From: Coriobacteriia bacterium
GTDB taxonomy: Bacteria; Actinomycetota; Coriobacteriia; Anaerosomatales; Kmv31
DNA length: 64,000 bases
Reading direction: 5' to 3'
NCBI GenBank assembly: GCA_014859305.1
Contig: JACUUM010000001.1
Coordinates: forward strand, 25,409 to 89,408
A program made the translations under genes and the position numbers. The notes below the pieces were generated by a model. That model did no database searches and had not been told where the DNA came from. It was given only the letters and a program-made list of their open reading frames with translations. The first letter of the stretch is position 1, and each line of letters opens with the position of its first letter. Of the stretch, positions 44,290 to 56,103 are shown in pieces.

Positions 44290-45332
44290 CGGACGCGGCC
44301 CGCCGCTGGGCCCTGTTGGCGGCCCTCACCGGCGTCACGGCCGTGTGGGGGCTGACGTTCGTGATGGTCAAGGAGGCGATCGCCGCCTACCCCCTGTACG
44401 CGTTCCTCGCCGTGCGTTTCGCGATCGCGGCCGTGGCGTTCGGCGCGATGTTCCCGCGAACGCTGCGGGCGCTGTCGGACAGACGTCTGCTCGCCGTGGG
44501 CGTGCTGGCCGGAACGCTGCTGACCTCGGGATACGTCTTCCAGACGGTCGGCTTGCAGTACACGAAGGCCTCCGTCGCGGCGTTCATCACAGGGCTGTTC
44601 GTGGTGCTGACGCCGCTGATGGAGTACGTCTTCTTCCGGCGACCGCCCGGACGCGCCTCCGCGCTCGGGGTCGCGCTCGCGGTCCCGGGGATGTGGCTGC
44701 TGACGGGCGCGGACGTTGCGGCGTGGGGGCGGGGCGAGTGGCTGCTGCTGCTCTGCGCCGTCGCGTTCGCGGCGCACCTGGTGGCTCTCGCCGGTCCCGG
44801 GCGCAGGCACGACCCGCTCGCGCTCACGCTCGTGCAACTCGCGTTCACCGCGGGCGTGTGCGGCGCCATCTCGCTCGCCACCGAACGCGCCCCGTTGCCG
44901 TCGTCGGGACAGGTGTGGGTGGCACTGCTGGTGACCGGGATACTCGCCTCGGCGGTGGCCTTCGGCGTGCAGACGGTGGCCCTGCGCTACCTGTCCGCCA
45001 CCCGGACCGCGCTCATCCTGGTCACGGAGCCGGTCTTCGGCGGGATCTTCGGGTTCCTGCTCGCCGGCGAGGTCCTCGGGGCGGTAGGTCTGTCGGGCGC
45101 CGGCCTGATGCTCGGCGGCATGGTCGTCTCGGAGGCCGGCCGGTTCGTGAGGAGGCCCCACGCGAGGCTGGTGGTCGGCATCGAGGGGCCCGCGGTGCCC
45201 GTGGCCGACGAGGCCGCCTCCAGGAGGCGGGCGGGGCTGGAGCAGGCGAGGCTCGGACCACCGGACACACCGCCGCGGGAAACCGGCGACCAGGACCGCG
45301 GCGAGCGTCGGTGCGGTGGCGAGCGCGGTTGA
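44286..45332 (+). CDS. EamA/DMT-superfamily transporter
   Basis: The GTG at 44286 overlaps the rsfS stop. It has ten predicted hydrophobic segments in two EamA-like halves (WGLTFVMVKEA..., YLSATRTALILVTEPVFGGIFG). Confidence 0.85.
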   Translation: MTDAARRWALLAALTGVTAVWGLTFVMVKEAIAAYPLYAFLAVRFAIAAVAFGAMFPRTLRALSDRRLLAVGVLAGTLLTSGYVFQTVGLQYTKASVAAFITGLFVVLTPLMEYVFFRRPPGRASALGVALAVPGMWLLTGADVAAWGRGEWLLLLCAVAFAAHLVALAGPGRRHDPLALTLVQLAFTAGVCGAISLATERAPLPSSGQVWVALLVTGILASAVAFGVQTVALRYLSATRTALILVTEPVFGGIFGFLLAGEVLGAVGLSGAGLMLGGMVVSEAGRFVRRPHARLVVGIEGPAVPVADEAASRRRAGLEQARLGPPDTPPRETGDQDRGERRCGGERG

Positions 45333-45356
45333 CCCGCCCACGCACCCTGCTATACT
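45329..45356 (+). promoter_or_regulatory. Promoter candidate for tRNA-Ala
   Basis: TTGACC (45329-45334), 16 nt spacer, TATACT (45351-45356). The site overlaps the EamA stop codon and lies 31 nt before the tRNA. Confidence 0.5.
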
Positions 45357-45387
45357 TCCGTGATGCGTCGCGAGGCGCTCCAGACGT

Positions 45388-45463
45388 GGGGCCATAGCTC
45401 AGCTGGGAGAGCGCATGGCTGGCAGCCATGAGGTCAGGGGTTCGATCCCCCTTGGCTCCACCA
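45388..45463 (+). tRNA. tRNA-Ala (anticodon GGC), CCA encoded
   Basis: Manual cloverleaf: acceptor GGGGCCA/TGGCTCC with the G3:U70 Ala identity pair, D arm GCTC-AGCTGGGA-GAGC, anticodon arm CATGG-CTGGCAG-CCATG (anticodon GGC), T arm AGGGG-TTCGATC-CCCCT, discriminator A, then CCA. Confidence 0.9.
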
Positions 45464-45475
45464 GACGATCGCAGA

Positions 45476-45503
45476 GCCCGCCGGGGGACCGGCGGGCTTC
45501 TTC
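45476..45503 (+). terminator. Intrinsic terminator after tRNA-Ala
   Basis: 9-bp GC stem GCCCGCCGG / CCGGCGGGC with loop GGGA, followed by TTCTTC. Confidence 0.55.
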
Positions 45504-45648
45504 GTGGAGGCGGCGGTGCCCGGACGCGGGGCGCGAGGGTGTCAATGGGCAGGTCAAGCTGGCCTTTTCCAGTTTCAGGTGGTATAAAGGTCAATGAAGA
45601 CGCGTGCCGTACGGCCTCATGCTGGGGCGCTCCGGAGGGAGCACCCGA

Positions 45649-48600
45649 GTGTCTCTTGATTCATGCCATCCGCTTCGAGTAGCGGCCCGTGGCCTGCCGT
45701 GGGTCGCGTTCGTGACGCTCGCGCTCGCGCTGTCGGCGCCGGCGGACGCGAGGGCGGCCGAGGCCCACGGACCCTACAGCTTCCTCTCGTCCAAGTGCGT
45801 CCTGTGTCACGCTCCTCACGTCGCTGCATCCCCCGACAACCTCTTCGTAGCGTCCACTCCCAAGACGCTGTGCTACTCGTGCCACGACGGCACAGGGTCC
45901 GTGTACGACACCAGGTCGGCGTTCGGCGAGACGGTCGAAGGCTCCTCGGACAAGACGTCGCGCCACCCCGTACCCGAGGGGGCCCTGCAGTGCAGGGACT
46001 GCCACAGTGCACATGCCGATCCCGCCTCGCGCGCGCGGCTGCTCGCCGCCGGAGAATCCCACGCCTCCACCGGCACGGCGGTGTGCGGCTCCTGCCACGG
46101 CAGCGGCTCGGGGCTGCCCGGCGGCGATCTCACGTCGGGCCTCGCGGGGACGGGGCACGCCACACTCGGGTCGGTACCCTCGGCCGCCGACATCGCCTGC
46201 GTCGCATGCCACGAGCCCCACGGCTCTGCGCGGCCGCAGCTCCTTCGGGAGGTCGTCATGCGGTCGAACGGCACGACGCGCACGGCCGCCGACGACAAGG
46301 CGTTGTGCCTGGCCTGTCACGAGGTGCGACAGGGGGACTACCCCGGCGAGTCCGTGGCGTCTGCCGGCAAGCACTCGACGACGCTCTCGTCGACCAAGGC
46401 GGCGGTCTCGTATCCCGGTTCAGGCCGGCCGCCCGGCGACTGCATGAACTGCCACGAGCCCCACGGGACCACGGGCAACGGCGCGTATGCGAGGAAGCCC
46501 GGCTCGGAGCTGTGCGGAGAGTGCCACGATGCGGCGGGAGCGGTCTATCCGTCGGGCTACTCCTACCGGGGCGCCGGGGCGATGTCCGTCTCGGGCCATG
46601 TGAGCGTGGACAGCGGGCTCGGGTACGCCTCGCTGTCCTGCGACAGCGAGGGCTTCGCGGCGTGGGAGAGCGTCGCGCAGCCCACGCCCTCCGCGCCCGG
46701 CCAGCCCATCGCGCTCGCGCGACTCGGCGGCATGCGCTCGATGGACTCCTCCGTCACCGTGACGAGCCTGGCGTCGGTGACCGGAGAGTACGACTACCAG
46801 ATGTACCGCTTCCGGGTGGAGCAGCCGCGGGCGGACGTCCGCGGGCTCGCCGCCGTGTGGCGGGGGTTCGGCGAGGAGAAGGCCGGCAACCCGGTCGTCG
46901 TGTCCGTGTGGGACAACAGCACGTCGTCGTGGCATCAGTTCGCCAACCGGCAGATGGTGGACCCGACCACGTCGCGGCTGGAGCTCGAGGTGGCGAAGCA
47001 CCTGGACGCGAACGGCGACGTGTACCTGCTCGCCGGCGCCCGGAACTCCCAGGACACGGACCTGGTCAGCGGGCCGACGCTGCTGCGTCTGAGCGATACC
47101 TCGGTGCGAATCGACTGGACCACCTCCGGGCCGAGCGACAGCTGGGTCGACTACGGAGCGACCTCCGCGTACGGGACCACGGTGGGGACGTCGACGCGCG
47201 CGACCTCGCATAGCGTGACGCTCTCCGGGCTGTCCGAGCGCACCTACCACTACCGGGTCCGATCCGCAAGCGGGGACGGGGACAGTTACGTCTCGCCCGA
47301 CTTCACGCTCGGCCTTCCCGGTCCCGTCCTCACGCCGGTGCCCGACCAGGAGATAATCGCTCCGGTCACGGTGGCGTTCGCCTGGACGGTGCCGTCGGAG
47401 GAGTATCGCCCCTTCCGCTACCGCGTGCAGGTGAGGGACTGGAGCGGTGCGGAGGTGTGGAGCACCTGGACGGACGACGTCACGAGCGCCTCGACGGTCC
47501 TCGGCGTCGGATCCTATCGATGGCGCGTCGAGGCCGTCGACAAGGACGAGTTCTCCTACGGCTGGTCGAACGAGGACATCTTCTACCTCTACGAGTCCGG
47601 CTCGTGCCCCTTCCTGTTCACCTGGGACGGGGAGCGATTCGGCTTTGAGGCAGACCTGTACGGCGCCGGCAAGCTCGGGGTGGTCACCAAGGACGGCTAC
47701 CTGAAGCCGGAGCCCAACGACCACTACGTGCTGCGGCACGAGCCGGCTCTGCGCGACGGCCGCTACGAGTTGCGGCTGGTGGAGGAACGCGCCGAGATCG
47801 ACTACCTGGACGAGCTGCGGCTCTACGCGGTGGACGCGCCGGCCGGGCGGCGGGTGATGGCCGAGAAGCCGCAAGCCGGGGAGGCGCCCTTCCCCGGGCT
47901 GGAGAAGGTGCTGCACACGATCGCGGAGGACGCTCCCGCACCCCGATCGGTCGTGCACGTGAACACGGGTCGCGACGTGACCGCCGAGATCGCATCGGAC
48001 GACGACGTCTGCGTGGTGCTCAACGAGGACCGCAACGTGGACTTCGACTACCAGACCCTCGAGCTCGACCTGGGTGACGTATCCGCCGAGGATCACGTGC
48101 GGATCGCCATGGACGCGGTGAGCATGTTCCCCAACACGGCCGAGGGGAAGAAGCGCTCCGCCTCCTTCGGTGCGCGCACGAAGCTCGAGGTCCAGGATGC
48201 CGATGGGAACTGGGTGCTCGCGGATCCAGCGAAGGCCACCTTGCCCAAGGCACCGGAGTTCTCGCGCCCCTACGTCTTCGACATCTCCGACATCTGGGTC
48301 TCGGATAGCCGGAAGGTGCGCTTCACGTTCCTGTTCAAGACGTACGTGGACTGGATCGCGGTGGACACGAGCGCGGACGTCCCGGTGAAGATCACCGAGC
48401 TGCCGATGGCCTCCGCGGGGCTGCGGCTGCGCGGTCTGGACCCCCGCGACGGCGAGGAGGAGCGATACGAGTACGTCTACGGGGAGCCGACCGGGCGCAC
48501 CGCCTACCTTCCCGGCGCCTACACGCGCTTCGGCGATGTGCGGGAGCTCCTGGAGCGCACGGACGACATGTTCGTCATCTACGGCGGGGGCGACGAGATC

Positions 48601-51600
48601 GCGCTGTCGTTCGAGCCGATCGCGCCGGCCGCGGAGGGCGAGGTCCGCTACTTCCTCGCGTACACCAACGGCTACTACAAGAACACGAAGATTCGCGGCT
48701 CGCTGGCGGTGGAGCCGCTTCCGTTCGCCGAGATGAGCAACTACCCGTACGGCGCAGACGAGTCCTACCCCGACGACGAAGCGCACCGGGAGTACCGCTC
48801 GGAGTGGAACACGCGTGTCGTCGGAGAGGACGAGGTGCTCGCGACGCCTTCGGCCGCCGAGGACGACGGATCTCCCCCCCGACTCCTGGCGGCGGTGGGC
48901 TCGTTCCTGGAGAGGATCTGGGACGGGCTCGTGTCCCTGTTCGCGCCGTCGGATCCACGGGTCGCGAGCGGGGGAGCCGGGACGGGCGACTCCGGCGAGG
49001 AGGTTCACCGCTCGCTCAACACCGACTACGTGGGGCTGGAGATCAGCTTCCCGTCGGCCAACGTCTCCGGATCCTGTCTCGCCTGCCACGCGGTCCACGG
49101 ACAGGAAGAGGGAGGGCAGCCGTTGCGGGGTTCCACCTGGGGGCGCGACGCACGGGTCTGCACCGCGGACGGGACCGGCTGCCACGCCGAGGCGACGTCC
49201 TCGGTGTCGGGGGTCGACATCCTCGGCCGCTTCACCGCCAGCGGGGACGCCAGAGCGCATCACGACGTGATGCCTTGGGAGCAGGAACGGACGGGCGCGC
49301 GCATAGAGTGCTCGAGTTGCCACAACCCGCACTTGGATCGCAGGGATGTCCAGGTCGTCGACCCCTACGACAAGAGCGTCGCGGTCCCGCCGACGTTCTC
49401 TCGGTTCATCGACGGTTCCAACGACGTGTACGTGCTCGTGGGCGCGGATCACGACGGCAACCCGCCGGTCGTATCGAATCGACGGACCGACGTCTCCACC
49501 GGATGGCGGACACCGACGGTAAGGTGGTCGACGAACGAGCCGGCGGACTCCTGGGTGGACTACGGGACCGACACGACGTACGGTTCGGGGACCGTGGGAA
49601 GCGGCACGCTGACCACCTCGCACGCGGTGCTGATGCCCACGCTCACGGACGGCGTCACCTGGTACATGAGGGTCCGGACGGTCGATGCCGTGGGGAACGA
49701 GGCCGTCTCCGAGTTCACGTACTTCCCGGTGGAGCCCCCGCCCGCGCCTACGCTCGTTCCCGTCGGGGACAAGAGGGTGAACGGCTTCTGGGGGCCCTCG
49801 ACGGTGGACGTCACGTTCTCATGGTCGGCCGTCACCTGTCCGGACGGGGATCCGGTCGAGTACGTGTTCGAGCTGCGGCGCAACGGCGTCGTGTGGACGA
49901 CCGTCACGACAGCGGAGACGACGCACACCGTGACAGGTCTCACGGGAGGGGATGACTACCAGCCGACCGTGCTCTACACCTGGCAGGTGCGCTCGCGTGA
50001 CACCCTGCACACCGACGCGGTCTCCCCGTGGGCTCAGTCCAGCTTCTACGTGACGGACGTCGAACCGTCCGGCTCGTGCCCGTTCCTGTTCACGTGGGAC
50101 GGGGAGGACCATGCTTTCGAAGCCGACCTGTACGGGGCGGGCAAGCTCGCGGCCAAGACGAAGGACGGGTACCTGAGGCCCGAGCCGCGTGACGCGTACG
50201 TCCTGCGGAGCGAGCCGGCTCTGCGCGACGGCCTGTACGACCTGCGGCTGGTGGAGGAGCGCGCCGAGGTCGACTACCTCGACGAGCTGAAGCTGTACGC
50301 AGTGGACGCGCCCGCCGACCGGCTCGTCATCGCTGAGAAGCCCCAAGCCGGGGGTAAGGCGTACGGGCCGCTGGACGAGGTGGTGCAGACGATCGCAGCC
50401 GACGCGCCGCCCCCGGTCAGCGCGGTACACGTACAGGCGGGGCTCGACGTGCTCGAGCTCATCGCGAAGGACGACGACGAGTGCGTGGTGCTCAACGAGG
50501 ACCGCAACGTCGACTTCGACTACCAGACCCTCGAACTCGACCTGGGCGACCTCGCCGGGGCCGAGAGCGTGCGCATCGCCATGGACGCCGTGAGCATGTT
50601 CCCGGACACGCCCGAAGGGACCGCTCGCTCCGCGTCGTTCGGCGCGCGGACCAAGCTCGAGGTGCAGGACGCCGAGGGGAACTGGGTGACGGCGGAGCCG
50701 TCCAAGGCCACCTTGCCCAAGGCGCCGGAGTTCTCGAGGCCGTACGTCTTCGACGTCTCCGACATCTGGGTCTCGGATAGCCGGAAGGTGCGCTTCACGT
50801 TCCTGTTCAAGACGTACGTGGACTGGATCGCGGTGGACACGAGCGAAGACGTCCCCGTGGCGATGATCGAGCTGCCGTTGGTCTCGGCGGAGCTGCGCGT
50901 CCACGGCATCGACGATAAGAGCGGCCGCGACGAGCGCTACGAGTACGTCTACGGTGAGGGCAACGGGGTGACCCTCTACATGCCCGGTGCCTACACCCGC
51001 TTGGGGGACGTCCGCGAACTCCTCGACGCCTGTGACGACAAGTTCGTGATCTACGGTGGAGGAGACGAGCTCGCTCTCTCTTTCGAGCCCGCAGCCGAGC
51101 CCGGGAGCGGCACCCGGCGCTCGTTCGTGATGTACACGAACGGCTACTACAAGGACAACAAGGTCGACGTCCCCCATGCGGTCGAGCCGCTACCCTTCGC
51201 CGCCATGAGCAACTTCCCGTACGGCGAGGACGAACACTACCCGGACGACGAGGAGCACCTCGCATACCTCGCCGAGTGGAACACGCGGGTCGTCGATGAG
51301 GACGACGCCATGGCAGGGTCCACGAGCTCGGCGTCGGCGGTCGGAGCCGTTGGGGAGGGCAGGGACGCCCCCTCGCTGTGGCAGCTGGTCTTCGGCCGGA
51401 CGTGGGGCGAGCTCATGGACGACGTCGCGGCTCCGGCGACCGAGGAGACGCTCGCCGATGACGATGCTGTGCTGCCGCCGTCCGAGACGGAGACACCGGC
51501 CGCGGAGACATCCGTTGCCGGGGCTGGCGAGGGCGAGTGGCCGGATACCGTCGAGCACTATTCCCTCAACACGGACCGCCTCGTGCTGGCGGGCGTGCGC

Positions 51601-52569
51601 ACGAGCGCCTCGCAGCTCGTCATAACGCCGGTGCAGGGATGGGAGAGCGAGGGGTCCGCGACGGCGCCGACGCCCTCGGCGCCCGGCTCCGAGGTGGCCG
51701 AAGGCGTCTTGACACGGGTCGGCGTGGCGGACGAGCAGTACTGGCGCACCGACCTGGCGTCCAGTGACCGGCGCTGGAACTGGCAGGTCGCGCGCTTCAG
51801 GATCACGCCGGAGGAGATCGGGGCTCTCAAGGACTTCCGTGTGCTGTGGACCGGGTACGGGGAGCCGACGCCGGGGTATGCGACGAAGGTCGCGATCTGG
51901 GACCCCGCGACCACGTCGTGGGTCTGGCTGCACACGCGGGATGCTCTGGGCGCGACGGCGAACCTCGCGTACTTCGAAGGCGGTACGCCGGATTCGTTCT
52001 GCCTGGCGTGCCATGACGGCTCCACCCCCGAGGGCGTCACCTTGCCGAGCGGTGTGACGAACATCGGGGCGAACTGGGGAGCTACGAGCAAGGCGGACTT
52101 TCATGGCGCGCGCGCGGGGACGGGCTACTCGGGCAGCACGGGCGGCATGGCTCCGCCGTACCGCCGCGGCATGGCCGCGTTGCCGTGCGTGACCTGTCAC
52201 GACCCGCACGGGAGCGGCAACCTCTTCCACATAGCGGACAACGTGAACGAACGGACCGGGATCGTCGCCGTAAGCGGCAACGGGATGAAGGATCTGTGCT
52301 ACGCGTGCCACACCGGCACGGTGGACCAGTGGCATAAGGAGTGCCTGGACTGCCACAACGGCGGGTGGGGGCACGGAGACGTGTACGTGGACTCTCCCGA
52401 GACGTACGGCGGGCAGAACTACCCCAACGCCAACAGCGACTGCAGGCTCTGCCACAACCACGGCAGCAAGTCGAACGTGCACAGTGACGGTGGCAGAGGC
52501 GTCGACGAGCGGGAGCAGATCCCCTCCTGGTGCGATCACTACTGCCACCACTGGGACACCACGTTCTGA
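45649..52569 (+). CDS. Giant secreted multihaem c-type cytochrome (~2300 aa) with FN3-like domains and two copies of an unassigned ~410-aa module
   Basis: Track ORF 45604..52569. I prefer the GTG at 45649, 9 nt after GGAGGG. The signal peptide reads [30 protein letters not shown]. It has 15 canonical CxxCH motifs, many in the CxxCH.PH(G) form typical of doubled-CXXCH / cytochrome c3-like domains. There are also one Cx6CH and one Cx3CH variant. Confidence 0.85.
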   Translation: MSLDSCHPLRVAARGLPWVAFVTLALALSAPADARAAEAHGPYSFLSSKCVLCHAPHVAASPDNLFVASTPKTLCYSCHDGTGSVYDTRSAFGETVEGSSDKTSRHPVPEGALQCRDCHSAHADPASRARLLAAGESHASTGTAVCGSCHGSGSGLPGGDLTSGLAGTGHATLGSVPSAADIACVACHEPHGSARPQLLREVVMRSNGTTRTAADDKALCLACHEVRQGDYPGESVASAGKHSTTLSSTKAAVSYPGSGRPPGDCMNCHEPHGTTGNGAYARKPGSELCGECHDAAGAVYPSGYSYRGAGAMSVSGHVSVDSGLGYASLSCDSEGFAAWESVAQPTPSAPGQPIALARLGGMRSMDSSVTVTSLASVTGEYDYQMYRFRVEQPRADVRGLAAVWRGFGEEKAGNPVVVSVWDNSTSSWHQFANRQMVDPTTSRLELEVAKHLDANGDVYLLAGARNSQDTDLVSGPTLLRLSDTSVRIDWTTSGPSDSWVDYGATSAYGTTVGTSTRATSHSVTLSGLSERTYHYRVRSASGDGDSYVSPDFTLGLPGPVLTPVPDQEIIAPVTVAFAWTVPSEEYRPFRYRVQVRDWSGAEVWSTWTDDVTSASTVLGVGSYRWRVEAVDKDEFSYGWSNEDIFYLYESGSCPFLFTWDGERFGFEADLYGAGKLGVVTKDGYLKPEPNDHYVLRHEPALRDGRYELRLVEERAEIDYLDELRLYAVDAPAGRRVMAEKPQAGEAPFPGLEKVLHTIAEDAPAPRSVVHVNTGRDVTAEIASDDDVCVVLNEDRNVDFDYQTLELDLGDVSAEDHVRIAMDAVSMFPNTAEGKKRSASFGARTKLEVQDADGNWVLADPAKATLPKAPEFSRPYVFDISDIWVSDSRKVRFTFLFKTYVDWIAVDTSADVPVKITELPMASAGLRLRGLDPRDGEEERYEYVYGEPTGRTAYLPGAYTRFGDVRELLERTDDMFVIYGGGDEIALSFEPIAPAAEGEVRYFLAYTNGYYKNTKIRGSLAVEPLPFAEMSNYPYGADESYPDDEAHREYRSEWNTRVVGEDEVLATPSAAEDDGSPPRLLAAVGSFLERIWDGLVSLFAPSDPRVASGGAGTGDSGEEVHRSLNTDYVGLEISFPSANVSGSCLACHAVHGQEEGGQPLRGSTWGRDARVCTADGTGCHAEATSSVSGVDILGRFTASGDARAHHDVMPWEQERTGARIECSSCHNPHLDRRDVQVVDPYDKSVAVPPTFSRFIDGSNDVYVLVGADHDGNPPVVSNRRTDVSTGWRTPTVRWSTNEPADSWVDYGTDTTYGSGTVGSGTLTTSHAVLMPTLTDGVTWYMRVRTVDAVGNEAVSEFTYFPVEPPPAPTLVPVGDKRVNGFWGPSTVDVTFSWSAVTCPDGDPVEYVFELRRNGVVWTTVTTAETTHTVTGLTGGDDYQPTVLYTWQVRSRDTLHTDAVSPWAQSSFYVTDVEPSGSCPFLFTWDGEDHAFEADLYGAGKLAAKTKDGYLRPEPRDAYVLRSEPALRDGLYDLRLVEERAEVDYLDELKLYAVDAPADRLVIAEKPQAGGKAYGPLDEVVQTIAADAPPPVSAVHVQAGLDVLELIAKDDDECVVLNEDRNVDFDYQTLELDLGDLAGAESVRIAMDAVSMFPDTPEGTARSASFGARTKLEVQDAEGNWVTAEPSKATLPKAPEFSRPYVFDVSDIWVSDSRKVRFTFLFKTYVDWIAVDTSEDVPVAMIELPLVSAELRVHGIDDKSGRDERYEYVYGEGNGVTLYMPGAYTRLGDVRELLDACDDKFVIYGGGDELALSFEPAAEPGSGTRRSFVMYTNGYYKDNKVDVPHAVEPLPFAAMSNFPYGEDEHYPDDEEHLAYLAEWNTRVVDEDDAMAGSTSSASAVGAVGEGRDAPSLWQLVFGRTWGELMDDVAAPATEETLADDDAVLPPSETETPAAETSVAGAGEGEWPDTVEHYSLNTDRLVLAGVRTSASQLVITPVQGWESEGSATAPTPSAPGSEVAEGVLTRVGVADEQYWRTDLASSDRRWNWQVARFRITPEEIGALKDFRVLWTGYGEPTPGYATKVAIWDPATTSWVWLHTRDALGATANLAYFEGGTPDSFCLACHDGSTPEGVTLPSGVTNIGANWGATSKADFHGARAGTGYSGSTGGMAPPYRRGMAALPCVTCHDPHGSGNLFHIADNVNERTGIVAVSGNGMKDLCYACHTGTVDQWHKECLDCHNGGWGHGDVYVDSPETYGGQNYPNANSDCRLCHNHGSKSNVHSDGGRGVDEREQIPSWCDHYCHHWDTTF
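45796..46527 (+). other. N-terminal haem cluster: 8 CxxCH motifs within ~245 aa
   Basis: The motifs are CVLCH, CYSCH, CRDCH, CGSCH, CVACH, CLACH, CMNCH and CGECH, at residues 65-308 of the track ORF numbering. Confidence 0.85.
47596..48828 (+). repeat. Copy 1 of the unassigned ~410-aa module (starts [14 protein letters not shown]...)
   Basis: Residues ~665-1075. By eye it is roughly 70% identical in protein sequence to copy 2. Confidence 0.8.
49075..49323 (+). other. Central haem cluster: 2 CxxCH motifs plus one Cx6CH variant
   Basis: The motifs are CLACH (1158), CTADGTGCH (1186-1194) and CSSCH (1236). Confidence 0.75.
50062..51303 (+). repeat. Copy 2 of the unassigned ~410-aa module (starts [15 protein letters not shown]...)
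   Basis: Residues ~1487-1900. It is offset 2472 nt (824 codons) from copy 1. It contains a 90-nt block (50756-50845) identical to 48284-48373. Confidence 0.8.
52000..52548 (+). other. C-terminal haem cluster: 5 CxxCH motifs plus one Cx3CH variant
   Basis: The motifs are CLACH, CVTCH, CYACH, CLDCH, CRLCH and CDHYCH, at residues 2133-2315. Confidence 0.85.
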
Positions 52570-52690
52570 CGCCTCCCGTGACGGGATGTCCGCGGCTCTT
52601 CGGCGGCGGCGCCAGTGTGAAGCCGGGCCCGTCCTCGGCTATCATGCACTGGCGACCCGTCGACACCGGCCGCACGGAGGGACGTCTGGG

Positions 52691-55267
<2,577 letters not shown>

Positions 55268-55416
55268 GCGCGCGGGATGCGGGAGCTCGCCGAGGAGCGT
55301 TCCCAAGCCGTCGCTCACCGCCGGCGTTAAGGCCCCGGTCAGGTTCCGGTGAGACCGACGCGTAGACTCGTCGTCAGGTCATGACGACGGCCCCTCCGTC
55401 GCGAGGGGGTGTCGCG

Positions 55417-56103
55417 ATGACGGGCGAACGGCTTGAGGAGCTGCTGCGGCGCGCCGGGGTCTCCTCGGTCACTCAGGCACAGGTCGTGGTCGTCGTGGTG
55501 CTCGCGCTGGCCTGCGCGGGGTGGTTCGCCTGGCGGTCGCGGCCCCCAGGCGGCGACGAGTTCACCGCGTCGGAGGCGCCGGGGACGACGGAGGCGCCGG
55601 AGGGCGCCGGTGACGCGCCCGGCGGTTCGGAGCAGGCGGGAGAGCCCGCGGAACTGGTGGTGCACGTCGTGGGCGCAGTGGCGCACCCGGGCGTGTACAG
55701 GCTGCCGGCGGGCAGCCGCGTCGCCGACGCGGTAGAGGCCGCGGGGGGCGCGCTGGGAAACGCCGCTCCCGACGCGGTCAACTTCGCGCGGCTGCTGTCC
55801 GACGGCGAGCAGCTGGCGCTGCCCACGCGCGAGGAGTGGGGGTCGGGCAAGGCGCAGTCCGTGCCGGGCGGGGGGAGCGGCGCCGCGGGCGCGCCGGCCG
55901 CTGCGGCCGGGGTGGTCGACCTGAACACCGCTGACGAGGCTGCCCTGGACACGCTGCCGGGAGTCGGCCCGGCGACCGCGCGGCGCATCGTCGAGGACCG
56001 GGCGGCCAACGGGCCCTTCGCGAGACCCGAGGACCTCATGCGGGTCTCGGGCATCGGCGAGAAGAAGTACGAGGCGCTGAAGGACCTGGTGACGGTGCGA
56101 TGA
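55417..56103 (+). CDS. comEA: ComEA-family DNA receptor (TM + SLBB-like + helix-hairpin-helix)
   Basis: The ATG at 55417 lies 7 nt after GAGGGGG; the track start at 55381 is also possible. The sequence VHVVGAVAHPGVYRLPAGSRVADAV is SLBB-like. VDLNTADEAALDTLPGVGPATARRIV...SGIGEKKYEAL is the HhH region. Confidence 0.85.
   Translation: MTGERLEELLRRAGVSSVTQAQVVVVVVLALACAGWFAWRSRPPGGDEFTASEAPGTTEAPEGAGDAPGGSEQAGEPAELVVHVVGAVAHPGVYRLPAGSRVADAVEAAGGALGNAAPDAVNFARLLSDGEQLALPTREEWGSGKAQSVPGGGSGAAGAPAAAAGVVDLNTADEAALDTLPGVGPATARRIVEDRAANGPFARPEDLMRVSGIGEKKYEALKDLVTVR

Noticed and set aside
44094-45397. Alternative long ORFs overlapping the EamA transporter gene (44157..45395 minus, 44345..45397 plus)
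   Set aside because: These are off-frame Arg/Gly-rich translations. The chosen frame gives ten hydrophobic helices and an EamA-like duplication.
46420-49623. 1067-aa minus-strand ORF (and 49819..51177, 51190..52551) antisense to the giant cytochrome gene
   Set aside because: They have no motifs and a biased Arg/Pro/Gly/Val/His composition. The plus-strand frame carries the CxxCH motifs, the FN3-like repeats and the internal duplication in frame.
45388-52690. Genomic island integrated at tRNA-Ala carrying the cytochrome gene
   Set aside because: I found no integrase, no transposase and no direct repeat of the tRNA 3' end downstream of the gene (52570-52690), and no obvious GC shift inside the ORF. 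Only the position next to a tRNA is suggestive, so it is kept as a minor note rather than a mobile-element call.
52570-52690. T-box or other riboswitch leader upstream of leuS
   Set aside because: The gap is only about 120 nt. I could not find a T-box consensus sequence, a specifier-loop arrangement or a terminator/antiterminator pair. Only weak short hairpins and a possible TATCAT -10 are present.
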